From Antedon mediterranea (Eukaryota > Animalia > Echinodermata), in contig NC_092676.1 in assembly GCF_964355755.1 (NCBI RefSeq), positions 21,842,871-21,906,870 of the forward strand: a stretch of DNA of 64,000 nt, written 5' to 3'. Positions 34,042-47,277 of the stretch are shown piece by piece. Numbering within the stretch: the first letter of the stretch is position 1; each line of letters begins with the position of its first letter. The notes below the pieces were generated by a model, which worked only from the letters and a program-made list of their open reading frames with translations, made no database searches and was not told the DNA's origin. The translations under genes and the position numbers were made by a program.

Positions 34042-37020
34042 TTAGGTATTAGAATATTTTTTGAGGAGATTAGTATGAATTGTTTTTTTAAATAGTCCTA
34101 TACTCTTGATTTCTCTTACTGAGTTTTCAATGCTATTCCATGTCTTGGCACCCCTATAGCATATACTCTGTTGTCCTATTTTGGTTCTTTTTAGTACAGT
34201 GGTATAGTTTTTTTTATTCCTGGTATCATAATTATGTGTTGATTCAATTGTTTGAAAGTAAGTGTCAAACGTAATTGGGAGCTGTTTATTATGAAATTGG
34301 AAGAGTAGTATTGCCATATGTTTTTTATAAAGATCGAATATATTTAATGTGTTGGTTTGTATAAATAGCGGTTGGGAAGGATGTTGATAGTGGACTTTGC
34401 ATATAATTCGTAGTGCTTTTTTCTGGAGGATGTGAAGTCGGTTTAATTTACTTGGTCCGAAGGAGCCCCATACTACTATTGCATACGTTAAATGGGGAAG
34501 GATTATAGATTTATAAATTTGCAATAGAGTCATATATGGTAAAAAATACTTTAATTTATTCAGAATTCTTATTATCTTTGAAACTTTGTTTGCAATGCCA
34601 TCAATATGGGTACAGAAGGACAAAAATTTGTCTAAGGTAACTCCTAAGAATTTGATATGGGTTACCTCTTCAAGTGTGGTGTTATTTACGTATAGTTGCA
34701 TGTCTGTGAAGTCGGTTGAATTCTGGCGCCCTCTAAAGATTATGTATTTAGTTTTATTTGTATTAATTGAGAGTTTGTTAGCTCTAAACCAAGTGGTTAG
34801 TCGTTGTAATTCGCAGTTTAGTATATTACATGCAACTATGGGGTCATTATGTTTGAGGAATATGTTTGTATCGTCCGCGAATATAATAAGTTCGACAACT
34901 TTGCTTACACAAAATATGTCATTTATAAATAACAAAAATAGCAATGGGCCAATGATAGATCCCTGTGGAACACCAACTTTTACTTCTCTTTTTATTGATT
35001 TGTGTGATTCAATAGTAACATACTGAGTTCTGTGGTTTAGGTAACTCCTGAACCAGTCTAACACAATACCACGTATGCCATAGCATTTCATTTTATTGAT
35101 TAGTATTCTATGATCGATCGTATCGAAAGCTTTCGACAGATCTAGGAAAACACCTATAATGAATGAGTTGTTATCAATTGCTGATGTTATTTTTTCTAGT
35201 GTGTGTAGTAGAGCATGTGCAGTTGAATGTTTTTGTCGGAATCCATATTGAGATTGATTTATTATGTTGTATTTATTAAGGTATGAAATGGTTTGGTCGT
35301 AGACAACTCTTTCATATATTTTAGAAAGACATGGTAAGATTGATATGGGTCGATAATTATTAAGGTTTTGCCTATCGCCACTTTTAAAAACAGGTATAGT
35401 TTTGGCACATTTTAGTTCATCAGGGAATCGGCCAGTGGCGAGCGAAACGTTTATTAAGTGTGAAATAGGTTTTGTAAGGTAGACGGGATTGTACTTGATA
35501 TAGTAAGCACTGATATCATCGTGACCTGGTGTTTTATCTGTTTCTAATTCATTAATGTATGTCATTATTTCGTATTCTGTTGTGGGTCTGAAATACATAG
35601 AATTAAGGTAGTTACCAGTCAAATATGACGTTGGATCAATGGCAGGGTTGTTATCATGGTTAATTTTGTCAGCTAATTGTTTCCCAATATTAATAAAGTA
35701 AGAATTGAATGCATCGGATTTTGTTTCTGGGTTAGTGTATGTCTCTGTCCCATGTTTTAGGTTTGATGGCAGTTTGGATTTTGTCTTCCTACCTAAAAGT
35801 TGATTAATGGCATTCCACGTTTCTTTTATATTATTTTTATTTTTTTCAAATTTATTAAAATAGTATTCCTTTTTTCGTTTTCTAATAATATTGGTAAGTA
35901 CGTTTCTATAGTTTGTATATTTAGATTTATTTATGTTTGTCGGTCTACGTTTGTATTTGCTATATAATTTGTTTCTAGTAACAATTGACTTAGCAATTGA
36001 TTCCGTTATCCAAGGAGATTGAAGTTTATTAGCTTTGAGTTTAATCTTTTTTATTGGAAAGCATATATTAACTAATGATTGCAGAGTTGTGGAAAAATGT
36101 TGATATGCTTTGTTTGCGTCATTTTATTCTAGGACATCCTGCCACTGTTGATTTGCAAGTTCATGCTTAAAATGATCAATGTTGTACTGTTTATTTTCGC
36201 GTTTATAACAGTATACGTTGTTATGATAATGGTGAGTTTCGGATGTGTTTATGCAGAATATTGGAAGGTGGTCGGATATATCCGAATATATGATACCAGT
36301 GTTTATGTTATTTGTTAGATGGGAATTGTAGAGAATATTATCTATTATGGAAGCAGAGTTTTCTGTTATTCTTGTGGGCTTATTAATAAGAAAAGTGAAG
36401 GACTGGGACTGGATATTGTCAAGGTGGGATTCGATGTTTTTGTCTCTCATGTGTTGACTAATGTCTAAGTTCATATCACCAGTAATGTATGCTAGCTTAT
36501 TTTCTTTGTTAATCATCTGCATGACTATTGACAACTGATTGTTGAAAGTTTGTACATTTGTATCAGGGGGCCTATATATTACTCCGCAAGATATTGTTTT
36601 ATTTTCTATTTTAACATCAATAAATATAGATTCTCCTTCGGTCAGTATTGAAGCGAGGTCATTTCGCATCTCGTAACTAAGGGTTTCTGATAGATAAAGG
36701 GCAACTCCTCCTCTTCGTCCTATCCTATCTTTATGGATAAATGTATATTTTGGTATTTCGTACAGTGATGTTGTAGAATTAGGAGAAATCCATGTTTCTT
36801 CTAGGGCAATAATTGAAAAGGAGTGATTTATTGAATTAATCAGATTCAAAATATCATCAAATTTGTTGACCATGCTACGGCAGTTCAGGCTTAGAATGGA
36901 GAAGTGATTGGCATGTATCGAGTTCTTAAAACTTAGATTAAAATCGTTTATCTGGTAATATTTAGTTTCTTCAATATTGATATCATCATTATGGTTAATG
37001 TCATTTAAGCTAAATATCAT
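34042..37020 (-). CDS. LINE ORF2 endonuclease-reverse transcriptase, interrupted by one in-frame stop at 36124-36126
   Basis: APE motifs (LNCRS, ETW, GGVALY, YRPP, GDMN, SDHLPI) and RT motifs (NYRPISIL, QYGFR, DLSKAFD, GVPQGS, FADD). ORFs 36124-37020 and 34042-35622 share one frame. Confidence 0.9.
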
Positions 37021-37707
37021 AATGCAATTTTAAAGTTTAAAAAAGAAGAATGGTCAGAGAAAAGATTTAAAAAAAAAAACAAAAAAAAAACAAAAAAAAC
37101 CAGTATAATTAAGATAACTAATTCAGGTCAACCGAACAATGTGGTTGCTCCGTCATATTATTAGTATACATATATTTTGCTAAGTAAAAACAATTGAGTG
37201 CGAAATGTGTAAACACAGTGATAAATCTTAATTACAGCACTAATCCTATTTTCACCCACCCTCAACCCCACCATCCCCCAACCCCATCATCCCCCAACCC
37301 CTCCCCCACCAACCCACATCGTTCCAATTTTATCCCATTCTTAATCCAAATCATAATACTTAATAGTGTGTGAATGAAAGCAATAGGGAGTCGTGTATTG
37401 TGTTAAGCAATTGAGTTTTTCACTACTTGATTAAAAAATAGGCAAAGTATGTGACACACAACACAGCAACAGATTACGTAACATGGTATTTAAGTCAGTG
37501 TGCCAATTCTTTCACCTGCTAATGTTTAGGTTATGTAAACACATAATCGCGATCGTGTTGATGTTTCAATTCCGTACAGTTTGAATTCTCCTAGTGGATA
37601 CAATAAGTGATACCCATTTTCTGCATATGGTTTAATGCTGTTATAGTTAGGCAGGATATAGTCACAAATTGAATTCAATTAAAAACAAACGAACGAAAAT
37701 AAAGAAG

Positions 37708-38466
37708 TTATGTATACATTTTACCGTTAATGTAAAGGTTGCCATTTCTGAATACAGTCTTTTTACCTTCTTCATACGCTTTCTTCATAACTTCTCGCAG
37801 GCCTCGCTTTTTGATAATATCTGCTACTGGCATATCTTCTAGTACAAACATCTCGGAATTTTTCAGTATAGACTTAGCTCTTCCGAGTACTTCAAATCTC
37901 TGTGGTCGATATATAAATTTAACAATGATATGTCTTGGCTTACCACTTATTGTTGATGGTTTTCCTGTGCGATGAGCCGTTTCAATGACGATGTCGTTTA
38001 GGTTGAGTGTTTTATTTAGTAATTCCTTAATCTTTTTTGTTGCATCTTCGTTTGGTTCCTCAGTTATCCCACCAAATCTCAGGTTAAAACTCCTTGAATA
38101 CCGTTCAAGATTCAGAATATCATTTTGTATACTGGTAATTTTTTTCTTTTCTGTTTCAAGTGTTGTTGAAATATCTTTCATTTCGCTATCATACGTTGTT
38201 ACTTTCTTTTCAAGATCGTTGATTGACTCGGAGGTAAACGTAATGGATTTCTCCATATCTAATTGTTTTGCCTCCATTGAGTCAATTCTATTCATAATTG
38301 AGGTTTGATTTTTAAGTACAGAGTCTAGTTTTGTTTGCATTTCAGTTGTTAGCGTTTTAATTTCCCGCCTTAATAACTGGATTTCGCTGGTTTCTTCGGT
38401 GGGTGTCGCCTGGGTCGTTGAGGTGTCCGGAGGGGTACGTTCAGTTTGGTCCTTTTTTCTGACCAT
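37708..38466 (-). CDS. LINE ORF1 protein (coiled coil + RRM/CTD, Transposase_22-like)
   Basis: 252-aa ORF with a heptad region, then LERYSRSFNLRFGGITEE, AHRTGK and KPRHIIVKF motifs. Confidence 0.85.
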   Translation of the reverse strand: MVRKKDQTERTPPDTSTTQATPTEETSEIQLLRREIKTLTTEMQTKLDSVLKNQTSIMNRIDSMEAKQLDMEKSITFTSESINDLEKKVTTYDSEMKDISTTLETEKKKITSIQNDILNLERYSRSFNLRFGGITEEPNEDATKKIKELLNKTLNLNDIVIETAHRTGKPSTISGKPRHIIVKFIYRPQRFEVLGRAKSILKNSEMFVLEDMPVADIIKKRGLREVMKKAYEEGKKTVFRNGNLYINGKMYT

Positions 38467-39004
38467 TTTCTTAGTTTTAGATCAAAAGACGATGACAGCA
38501 TTAACCAAATTGTAATACTCACTTATGTAGCACAGTTGTCTTATGGCTATTTTTGGCAAAACCTTACTTTATTTTTAATGAAGACGGAGCACTGTTTATA
38601 CGGTTGCTAACTCATGATGCGCCCTCAACTAATTGATTGAATAAGCCTAGAGGAAGGATATAATAAAAATAAGTAAAAAATACAATATTCAGAACTATCA
38701 CTTACCAGCCTTTGAGTATGTTACAATAAACACATCATCATCGCGCACGATAAACTTCCGTATTCGCTCAGGCATATCCACTCGCACTCGGGGTAAATAT
38801 CTATCACCCTCAATTTCCACAAACCCAGCATACTGTCTGTCATATTATTGATGTTGTGATTCTCTGTGTTTAGAGAAGGATGCTTTAGACCAGGTCCGCC
38901 TTATTATTAGCCAATCAAAATTGTATAATTTTTGGAGGGAAAATGTTATCCTCCTCTGAAGCCTAAAATTTGCATATCCAGTATAAAAGTGGAATGTAAT
39001 AGAT

Positions 39005-39840
39005 CAAAGAATATATATCACAAGAATGAGTATTCCGCGATTTTTGCATGAGAAACTTGTAACAGAGAGCTCCAGTGAATGATGCCCGCCCTCATAAGGG
39101 CGGATGTATACATACTAAATAAGACTTGATTTAATAGACATGATACATGTCGCATTAAATAGAATTATGATGATAGTTTTTGCAATTGTAAACTATTTTA
39201 TAACACATATTTATTAACAAACTAGTGTTTATTCACTTTTACAGACAATTATTTACTAGCATGCTAAGTTAGTTCACAAAAAAGGCCTAACACAGCAACA
39301 CCAAAAATCAACGAATATTACTCAGCACGGCATATTCTTTACCATTGCCGTGTACTACTGTACGCCCGGTAAATTAAGTATTGTTTTTATGATATAAATT
39401 AGTATAAAACACATGTTATTAATAGGAAAAAATGTTAAATGTCATTAACATTTATTTGTTTTACCAGAAACAAGTTAAATATAGGAATATTATTAAACTA
39501 TCCTTCGTGAAAACGCGTAAACACCAACACGCCCGGTCACGCTATCGTAGCGCCCGGTTGATAAAGCAAACTGTTTATACGGCAGTTTTTACTAAATAAA
39601 TTGCATAAAACGAACAATTAAATATCCAAATAGTATTTAACATGATGTTGGCATGTAGTTGATAACATTTTTATCATCGGAAAATACTCCGGTGGTCCAG
39701 CCTTTGATTAGTGAAACCTTCACAAAAAGTTGTATACATCCCAGATACATCCACACTTATGGCGGCGCCCTACCACATGGACAATATTACTGTTACAGGG
39801 AAAATCGCGGATTACTCATTCTTGTGATATATATTCTTTG
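39005..39840. mobile_element. 836-bp non-autonomous P-superfamily-like element inserted in the 5' LTR
   Basis: ~40-bp TIRs CAAAGAATATATATCACAAGAATGAGT.. / ..ACTCATTCTTGTGATATATATTCTTTG, 7-bp TSD aatagat. The empty site is visible in the 3' LTR. Confidence 0.85.
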
Positions 39841-40112
39841 AATAGATATTAAGGGGAGAAGAGAGAATAAGATCAGAGTAGATAAACGAGACGAGAGAAT
39901 AAGATCAGAGTAGATAAACGGAAAGATGATAAAGAATATTAAGGCTTGACTGGTAGTGGTAGAAAGATGTATTAATCGAATTTCAAGGAATAAATGTTCT
40001 AGTTAAGTTAAATATACTTTTTGTATGAGTTATCATTCAGTGACAGTGTACGTCGCGTGGAAATATATACGCCTGAGAAAGCTCGGAACCAACTAAAGAT
40101 AAATTCACTACA

Positions 40113-40126
40113 TGGTGGCAGCGGTG
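40113..40126 (+). promoter_or_regulatory. Primer binding site, complementary to the 3' end of tRNA-Leu
   Basis: TGGTGGCAGCGGTG directly after the LTR end ..cactaCA; reverse complement of CACCGCTGCCACCA. Confidence 0.75.
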
Positions 40127-40657
40127 AAAATTTTTGTTTACATGATTTAAGTATCAAGAAGAAGAAGAAGAAGAAGTGACAGTGCCTACTCTACGGGCCT
40201 GTTATATCAGTAACCAAAAAGTTAAATGGTTACGAAGATCTGGATTCCTGACAGTTTTTATACCGTGCGTTGTTTGGATATTACAACGAAGAAGAAGTAC
40301 TGTTGAGCTCAAGAGTAAGACTGCTGGATATTCATCGGAGATACTGTATATATTCACCGAGATCTGAAAGAAGAAGACTGAAGTAACAGAAGGAAGCCCA
40401 GTAAATTTTGAGAAGATTTGCAAAGCTGACTTTGTAAACTATTTTTTATTTCGAAAGTAAATTTTTGTACGGAGCGAACTTGGAACGTTGTTTGTGACTT
40501 TGAAGTAAATTAATGTCTTAGATTGTATTGCATTTAAAAATTCATGTGGATTTCATATTTTTTACATATCTGAATGGAATCAAGGTAATACAAATACTTT
40601 TATAACATATTTTGTATACATAAGTTTACATATTTCATTAGTAAAATTGTTATTAGC

Positions 40658-43600
40658 ATGACAACTTTAAGATCGGGTAAAAATATAGATAAGACTATGT
40701 CAGACAAAGATACTAGGGAAGATATGGTTGACCAAGAAGAGGTTGACCAAGTCAATGAAATATATATGATAAAATGGCTAGGGATATTGATTTGCCCGAA
40801 ATACCCGGCGGTATGCCTAAAGATATGATGCTCGAATATTTTCGAATGAAGTTCGAGGCCGAAAACAAAAAGTTAGAATACCAATTAAGATTAGAAGCAG
40901 ATATAGAGCAAAGAAAAATTGAATCACAAGAAAGAGTGAAAATGATGGAATTAGAAAATAGGTCTAGCTACAATAATGCTAGGAATATAGTAGATGAAAT
41001 GAAGGTAAAGGTTCCTACTTTGAAGGAATCAGATGATATTGATATATATTTTAGAACATTTGAACACTTGGCAGAAGCCACAGGTTGGGATAAGAATACG
41101 TGGTCCGCTAGGTTAGCACCTGAACTGTCTGGTAAAGCTAGGACAGCATATGCATCCTTAACCGTAAAAGAATGTGTAGATTATGATACCTTAAAGAAGG
41201 CAATCTTAGAAAAGTATGATGTGTCCGCAGAGACCTACAGATTTAAATTTAGAAATTCAAACAGAGTTAAAGATATGTCCATCAGGGAATGGCTGAATGA
41301 GCTCTCCCATTATTTAAAATGTTGGATGAAATGTGCTAATGTAAAAGAAGATGATGCTGCAGGCATTATTGAAATGATTATAATGGAACAGGCACTTGAT
41401 AAAATGCCTGAAGATCTGAGGCTTTATCTTAGAGATAAACAAGTAAATAAGAGCTATTATATGGCTATGATAGCCGATGATTATATAGCTAATAGAGGTG
41501 GCCGTGGCTATTGGAATGCCGTAAATTCTGAAAATAAGCCTACGTATTATAAGGGTCAAGAAAATAGTAAACCTAAGAATAGTACGACTCAGAATAACCC
41601 TGGAGCTAGGCAGCAAGGATACAATAGGTATCGCGGAAGGGGAGGCAAATTCCATAACTATGGTAGAAATTTCCAACAGAGAGAACCTTCAAATGAATGG
41701 ATTAATGGCCTATGCTTTAATTGTAAAGAGAAGGGACATAAAATAGGGGATTGTCCTAAGATGGTAGCAAAAGGAAAGACTAGTGACACTAAGAAGGGCC
41801 CGAATGTGAAAGATGGCTTAAGATGTGAAGGACTAAAATCAGATAGACCCCAAGTAGTTATAGATAGTGTAGAAAATAAAATGGAGAAATGTACAATACC
41901 AGGAAAATTAGAAGGACAGGATATAACTATGCTTAGAGACTCGGGATGTACCCAGTCAGCTGTTAAGGAAAGTCTAGTGCCTAACAAATGTTACTTGCCA
42001 GGAAAATGGGTTACGTTAAGAGGTATAGGAGGCGATATTACCGTCCCCTTAGCTGAGGTAGCTATAGAAAGTAAGATAGTGACAGGAAAAGTGATTGTAG
42101 CCGTAATCGAAGGATTACAGAGGGACATGTTATTGGGTCATGATTTGGACCAGAATTGTGGGGAAACAATGGCTAAAGAAATGTTCGTCCTAACTAGGGA
42201 GCAAGCCAGAATAGAAAATGATGTTAGAAGACAAGACGAAATGATATTGTTAGGGAAAGATAGTAACTTTAAGCCGATAGAAGAGCCGCCTAAAGAAACT
42301 AATGTACAATTGTTGAAAACAGTAGTAAATGACAACAAAGTAAATAAAACTAAGTGTTTAGATGATATGAATGGAACAGAAATGAATAATTTGTTTGACG
42401 AAAATGAGGATAAAGCTAAAGATAAAACCGTCAAACATAAAACTTATGAACAACAGCACAAGCTGAACCTAACTAAACAAGAACTGATCAAATTGCAAAC
42501 TAAGGATGACTCACTCAAAGGAGTGTTTGACAGGGTAGTCCCTATAGAAGAAATAGGTCAGCATAGGGTATGTTTCTTTATGAGACAAGGTATATTGATG
42601 AGAAATTGGAGTAGTATTAAAGATAAGAATAACCAAGTGGAACAGATTGTATTACCCACTCAGTGTAGACAGGGTGTATTACACTTAGGTCATAATGTGC
42701 CATTTGCAGGTCACATGGGTGTTGAGAAAACTAAAAGTAGGATCCTGAACCAATTCTATTGGCCAGGTATATTTAAAGATGTGGTAGTCTATTGTAAAGT
42801 CTGTAAGGAATGCCAAAAGGTAGATAAGGGTAAAAGTAAAAGGAAACATACTTTGATACCATTACCGATTATAAGTACACCATTTAAACGTATAGCGATA
42901 GATATTGTTGGACCCTTATCTAGAACAAGCCGTAATAACAAATATATGCTTACTATAATTGACTATGCTACGAGATATCCGGATGCTATCCCGTTACCCA
43001 ATGTTAGAGCTGAAACAGTAGCCAGGGCTCTAATAGAACGTCTTTACTAGAGTAGGATTACCCGAAGAGATTGTACATGATCAAGGAACTAATTTCATGT
43101 CTTCAATTATGCAATCTATATGTAGTATGTTGGGGATTAATCAATTAAAGACTACAGTGTACCACCCCCAAAGCAATGGGCTTGTTGAAAGATTTCACGG
43201 TACATTGAAAAATATGATAAGGACACTTACAGTTAAGCAAAGAAAAAATTGGGATAACTACATACCCCCCTTTCTGTTTGCATACAGAGAAGTTCCTTGT
43301 AAAGCGACGGGCCATTCACCTTTTAAATTGCTTTATGGTAGAGAGGTGAGGGGACCCTTGAGTTTACTCAAAAGTAATTGGGTAGAAGATGAAGAAACAT
43401 CTACTGATGTTATCAAATACATGTTAGAAATAAGAGAAAAAATGGAGGAATTAATGAAAGATGCTAATGTAAACAAACTTGAACAACAAGAAATTATGTC
43501 CCACAATTATAACAAGAATGCTATTGATAGAGAATTTGTAGAAGGGGACAAAGTGTTGATATTCCTTCCAGTAGGAAATAGTAAGTTAGACAGTAAATGG

Positions 43601-45262
43601 CAAGGCCCCTTCACTGTTACAAAAAAGGTCAATGATGTAAATTATGAAATATACATAGGAGGTAGAAGAAAAGAAAAACAAATTCTACATGTTAATATGT
43701 TAAAGAGATGGTATGATAAAGTAGAAATAAGTAAAGATGGTTATTATGTAGTAACAAATGTTCAGTCGATAGAAGAAGTAGACTTAAATGAAACAGTCCA
43801 TGACAATGAGTTAGATAGTGAAATAGACATAGGATTGTCTTATCATCAATCACAAACATGGAGAGATGTTAACGTTAGTAGTAATTTAAATGATACACAA
43901 ACTAAACAATTAACAGAATTGTTAAAGTACCAACAGAATGTATTCTCGGATGTACCAGGTAGAACTCACTTAGTGACACATGAAATTAAGACTAATGGTG
44001 AAATGCCTATAAGGCATAGGGCATATAGAACGCCCCAAGCATTAAAGGGTAAATTGAAAGAGGAATTAGATAGTATGTTGGCTATGGGTATAATAGAACC
44101 TACAGTTAGTGCCTATGCTGCACCTATTATTGCCCTGAAGAAAGGCCAGAATCAAATTAGAATGGTGACAGATTTTAGATCACTAAATAAGACTACACAA
44201 TTTGACCCTTATGTTATGCCTCGCATAGACGAAATGTTGGATGAGGTATCATCCGCAATATACATAACTACGTTAGATCTAACTAAAGGATTTTACCAGG
44301 TGCCTCTGGATCCTAAGACCAAAGACAAATCAGCATTTATTACACAATTTGGACAGTATTGTTACAATGTACTTCCATTTGGTATGCAAAATAGCTCTAG
44401 TACTTTCCAAAGATTAATGGATAAGGTATTACAAGGTACTGAGGGATATGCTAAGGCATATATAGATGACATATGTATTTATAGTCAAACTTGGAAAGAT
44501 CATATTTTTCATTTGAATGATGTATTAGAAAGATTAAGTAGTGCTGGATTGACAGCAAAGCCTTTGAAATGTAAAATTGCCTATGCACAGGTAGAATTTC
44601 TGGGGCATAAGATTGGTAATGGAGAAATTAGACCCATGATTGATAAGGTTGAGGCTGTGGAAAAGTTCCCCAGACCTTTGTCTAAGAAACAAGTCCGATC
44701 ATTTCTCGGATTAACTGGCTATTACAGAAAATTTGTACAGAACTATGCCGATATTGCTAAGCCATTGATTGATTTAACTTTAAAGAGTAAAAGTAATACC
44801 GTTAAGTGGAATGAACAATGTGAAAATGCCTTTGTAACTTTAAAGAAACGACTTACTGATGATAATGTATTAAAAGCCCCAAATTTTGATAAAATGTTTA
44901 TATTGCAAACCGATGCCTCAAATTATGGCATAGGTGCAGTGCTGAGCCAAATAGATGGTGAGGGTAATGATTATCCCATTGTGTACTTAAGTAGAAAGTT
45001 ATCTGTACATGAGCAGAGATATTCTGTGCCAGAAAAAGAGTGCCTCTCTATTGTTTGGGCTATCAATAAACTTAAGTATTATCTGTATGGTTGTGAATTT
45101 CAAGTTCATACTGACCACCAGGCATTGAGATGGATGGACTCAATGAAGGGTGCCAATGTTAGACTTATGAGATGGGCTCTGTTTTTACAAGGATATAAAT
45201 TTAAAGTTATTTACAAGAAAGGATCATTAAATGGAAATGCAGATGGATTAAGCCGTGCATAA
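40658..45262 (+). CDS. Gag-Pol polyprotein (SCAN-like capsid, CCHC knuckle, protease, integrase, RT, RNase H) with two frameshifts
   Basis: CFNCKEKGHKIGDC knuckle, LRDSGC protease, integrase HHCC + IAIDIVGP..DQGTNF..NGLVERF, then RT YIDD and RNase H TDAS..TDH. There is an extra base at ~43039 and an extra AT at ~40760. Confidence 0.9.
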
Positions 45263-45273
45263 ATATATTATAG

Positions 45274-46915
45274 AGGTGTTATTAGTAGATAGTTTAAAGT
45301 AAAATGGTTTTAAATGTTAAAATTTTGGAAAGATTGACACAATCTTTTTCCCAAAAAAGGGAATGTCATATTATTGATGTTGTGATTCTCTGTGTTTAGA
45401 GAAGGATGCTTTAGACCAGGTCCGCCTTATTATTAGCCAATCAAAATTGTATAATTTTTGGAGGGAAAATGTTATCCTCCTCTGAAGCCTAAAATTTGCA
45501 TATCCAGTATAAAAGTGGAATGTAATAGATATTAAGGGGAGAAGAGAGAATAAGATCAGAGTAGATAAACGAGACGAGAGAATAAGATCAGAGTAGATAA
45601 ACGGAAAGATGATAAAGAATATTAAGGCTTGACTGGTAGTGGTAGAAAGATGTATTAATCGAATTTCAAGGAATAAATGTTCTAGTTGAGTTAAATATAC
45701 TTTTTGTATGAGTTATCATTCAGTGACAGTGTACGTCGCGTGGAAATATATACGCCTGAGAAAGCTCGGAACCAACTAAAGATAAATTCACTAAACTGTC
45801 CTTGGTTCGGAATGATATTTTCACTAAGCTCGGTGAATTGTGTTGCCATACTGTGTAAATAGTGTACTGAGGCCGGAAAGTAATATCAAGAACAGGAATT
45901 AGAGATTAAGCTATGAATGAAGCACTAGCATTAAAAGATCAGTCAGGTGTTACGATTCAGTCATTGATTTAAATCTACTTGCATAAACAATATTTTGAAC
46001 AACAGGTTGAATGGGGAGGGGAGTGGTTTGTGCAGACATGGTTAGTTCACAGATTGCTATGGATCCGTTTAAGATTGATCGGTTTGCTTTAAGCAGGTGT
46101 TATTAGTAGATAGTTTAAAGTAAAATGGTTTTAAATGTTAAAATTTTGGAAAGATTGACACAATCTTTTTCCCAAAAAAGGGAATGTCATATTATTGATG
46201 TTGTGATTCTCTGTGTTTAGAGAAGGATGCTTTAGACCAGGTCCGCCTTATTATTAGCCAATCAAAATTGTATAATTTTTGGAGGGAAAATGTTATCCTC
46301 CTCTGAAGCCTAAAATTTGCATATCCAGTATAAAAGTGGAATGTAATAGATATTAAGGGGAGAAGAGAGAATAAGATCAGAGTAGATAAACGAGACGAGA
46401 GAATAAGATCAGAGTAGATAAACGGAAAGATGATAAAGAATATTAAGGCTTGACTGGTAGTGGTAGAAAGATGTATTAATCGAATTTCAAGGAATAAATG
46501 TTCTAGTTGAGTTAAATATACTTTTTGTATGAGTTATCATTCAGTGACAGTGTACGTCGCGTGGAAATATATACGCCTGAGAAAGCTCGGAACCAACTAA
46601 AGATAAATTCACTAAACTGTCCTTGGTTCGGAATGATATTTTCACTAAGCTCGGTGAATTGTGTTGCCATACTGTGTAAATAGTGTACTGAGGCCGGAAA
46701 GTAATATCAAGAACAGGAATTAGAGATTAAGCTATGAATGAAGCACTAGCATTAAAAGATCAGTCAGGTGTTACGATTCAGTCATTGATTTAAATCTACT
46801 TGCATAAACAATATTTTGAACAACAGGTTGAATGGGGAGGGGAGTGGTTTGTGCAGACATGGTTAGTTCACAGATTGCTATGGATCCGTTTAAGATTGAT
46901 CGGTTTGCTTTAAGC
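45274..46915. repeat. 821-bp direct tandem duplication (3' LTR + SULT-A start codon/upstream region)
   Basis: 45274-46094 is repeated at 46095-46915. The third LTR copy starts at 46185, with AG microhomology at the junction. Confidence 0.92.
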
Positions 46916-47277
46916 AGCCACATACTGTAGGGATCAACAAGCTGTTCTCAACTCCAAACAAAATTTAACATTTCAACATAATTATACTAACCATAATTAA
47001 TACCGAAATTAACACAATGTAACATTTACTTGTAAACAGTAAAACTATTTCAAATACAGTACTACCAAGAGTGTCACTCTTCCCTAGTACTACTATGTGA
47101 GGCTGTAGTACACTCTCGACACACGCATTACGGTTCCATTCTAAATTGGACAAAGTTGCTCCACACCTACGGTCAAAGACCGACAGATTATATCTACCTA
47201 CCCTTACAGGCGCATTTTCCACGGAAAATATTTATAATAGGCCTAAAGCATGTGTCAATATTCTGCATTATAATGCA

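Larger units (their letters stand above)
33742..38631 (-). mobile_element. Full-length ~4.9-kb LINE (CR1/L2 group, Crack/Daphne-like) in SULT-A intron 1
   Basis: ORF1 plus APE-RT ORF2. 3' stem-loop (ggacatcac..gtgatgccc) followed by a (CAAT)n tail. attgattgaat occurs at both flanks (33731-33741, 38632-38642). Confidence 0.88.
38838..45795 (+). mobile_element. Gmr1-like Ty3/Gypsy LTR retrotransposon (gag-PR-INT-RT-RH)
   Basis: 432-bp LTRs (38838-40112 minus an insertion; 45364-45795), TG..CA/AA ends, 5-bp TSD ctgtc (38833-38837, 45796-45800), PBS TGGTGGCAGCGGTG at 40113, PPT aaaaaagggaa before 45364. Confidence 0.93.

Noticed and set aside
40774-45262. Ty1/Copia classification because integrase precedes RT
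   Set aside because: The RT, RNase H and integrase motifs are Gypsy-type, and the order fits the Gmr1 lineage
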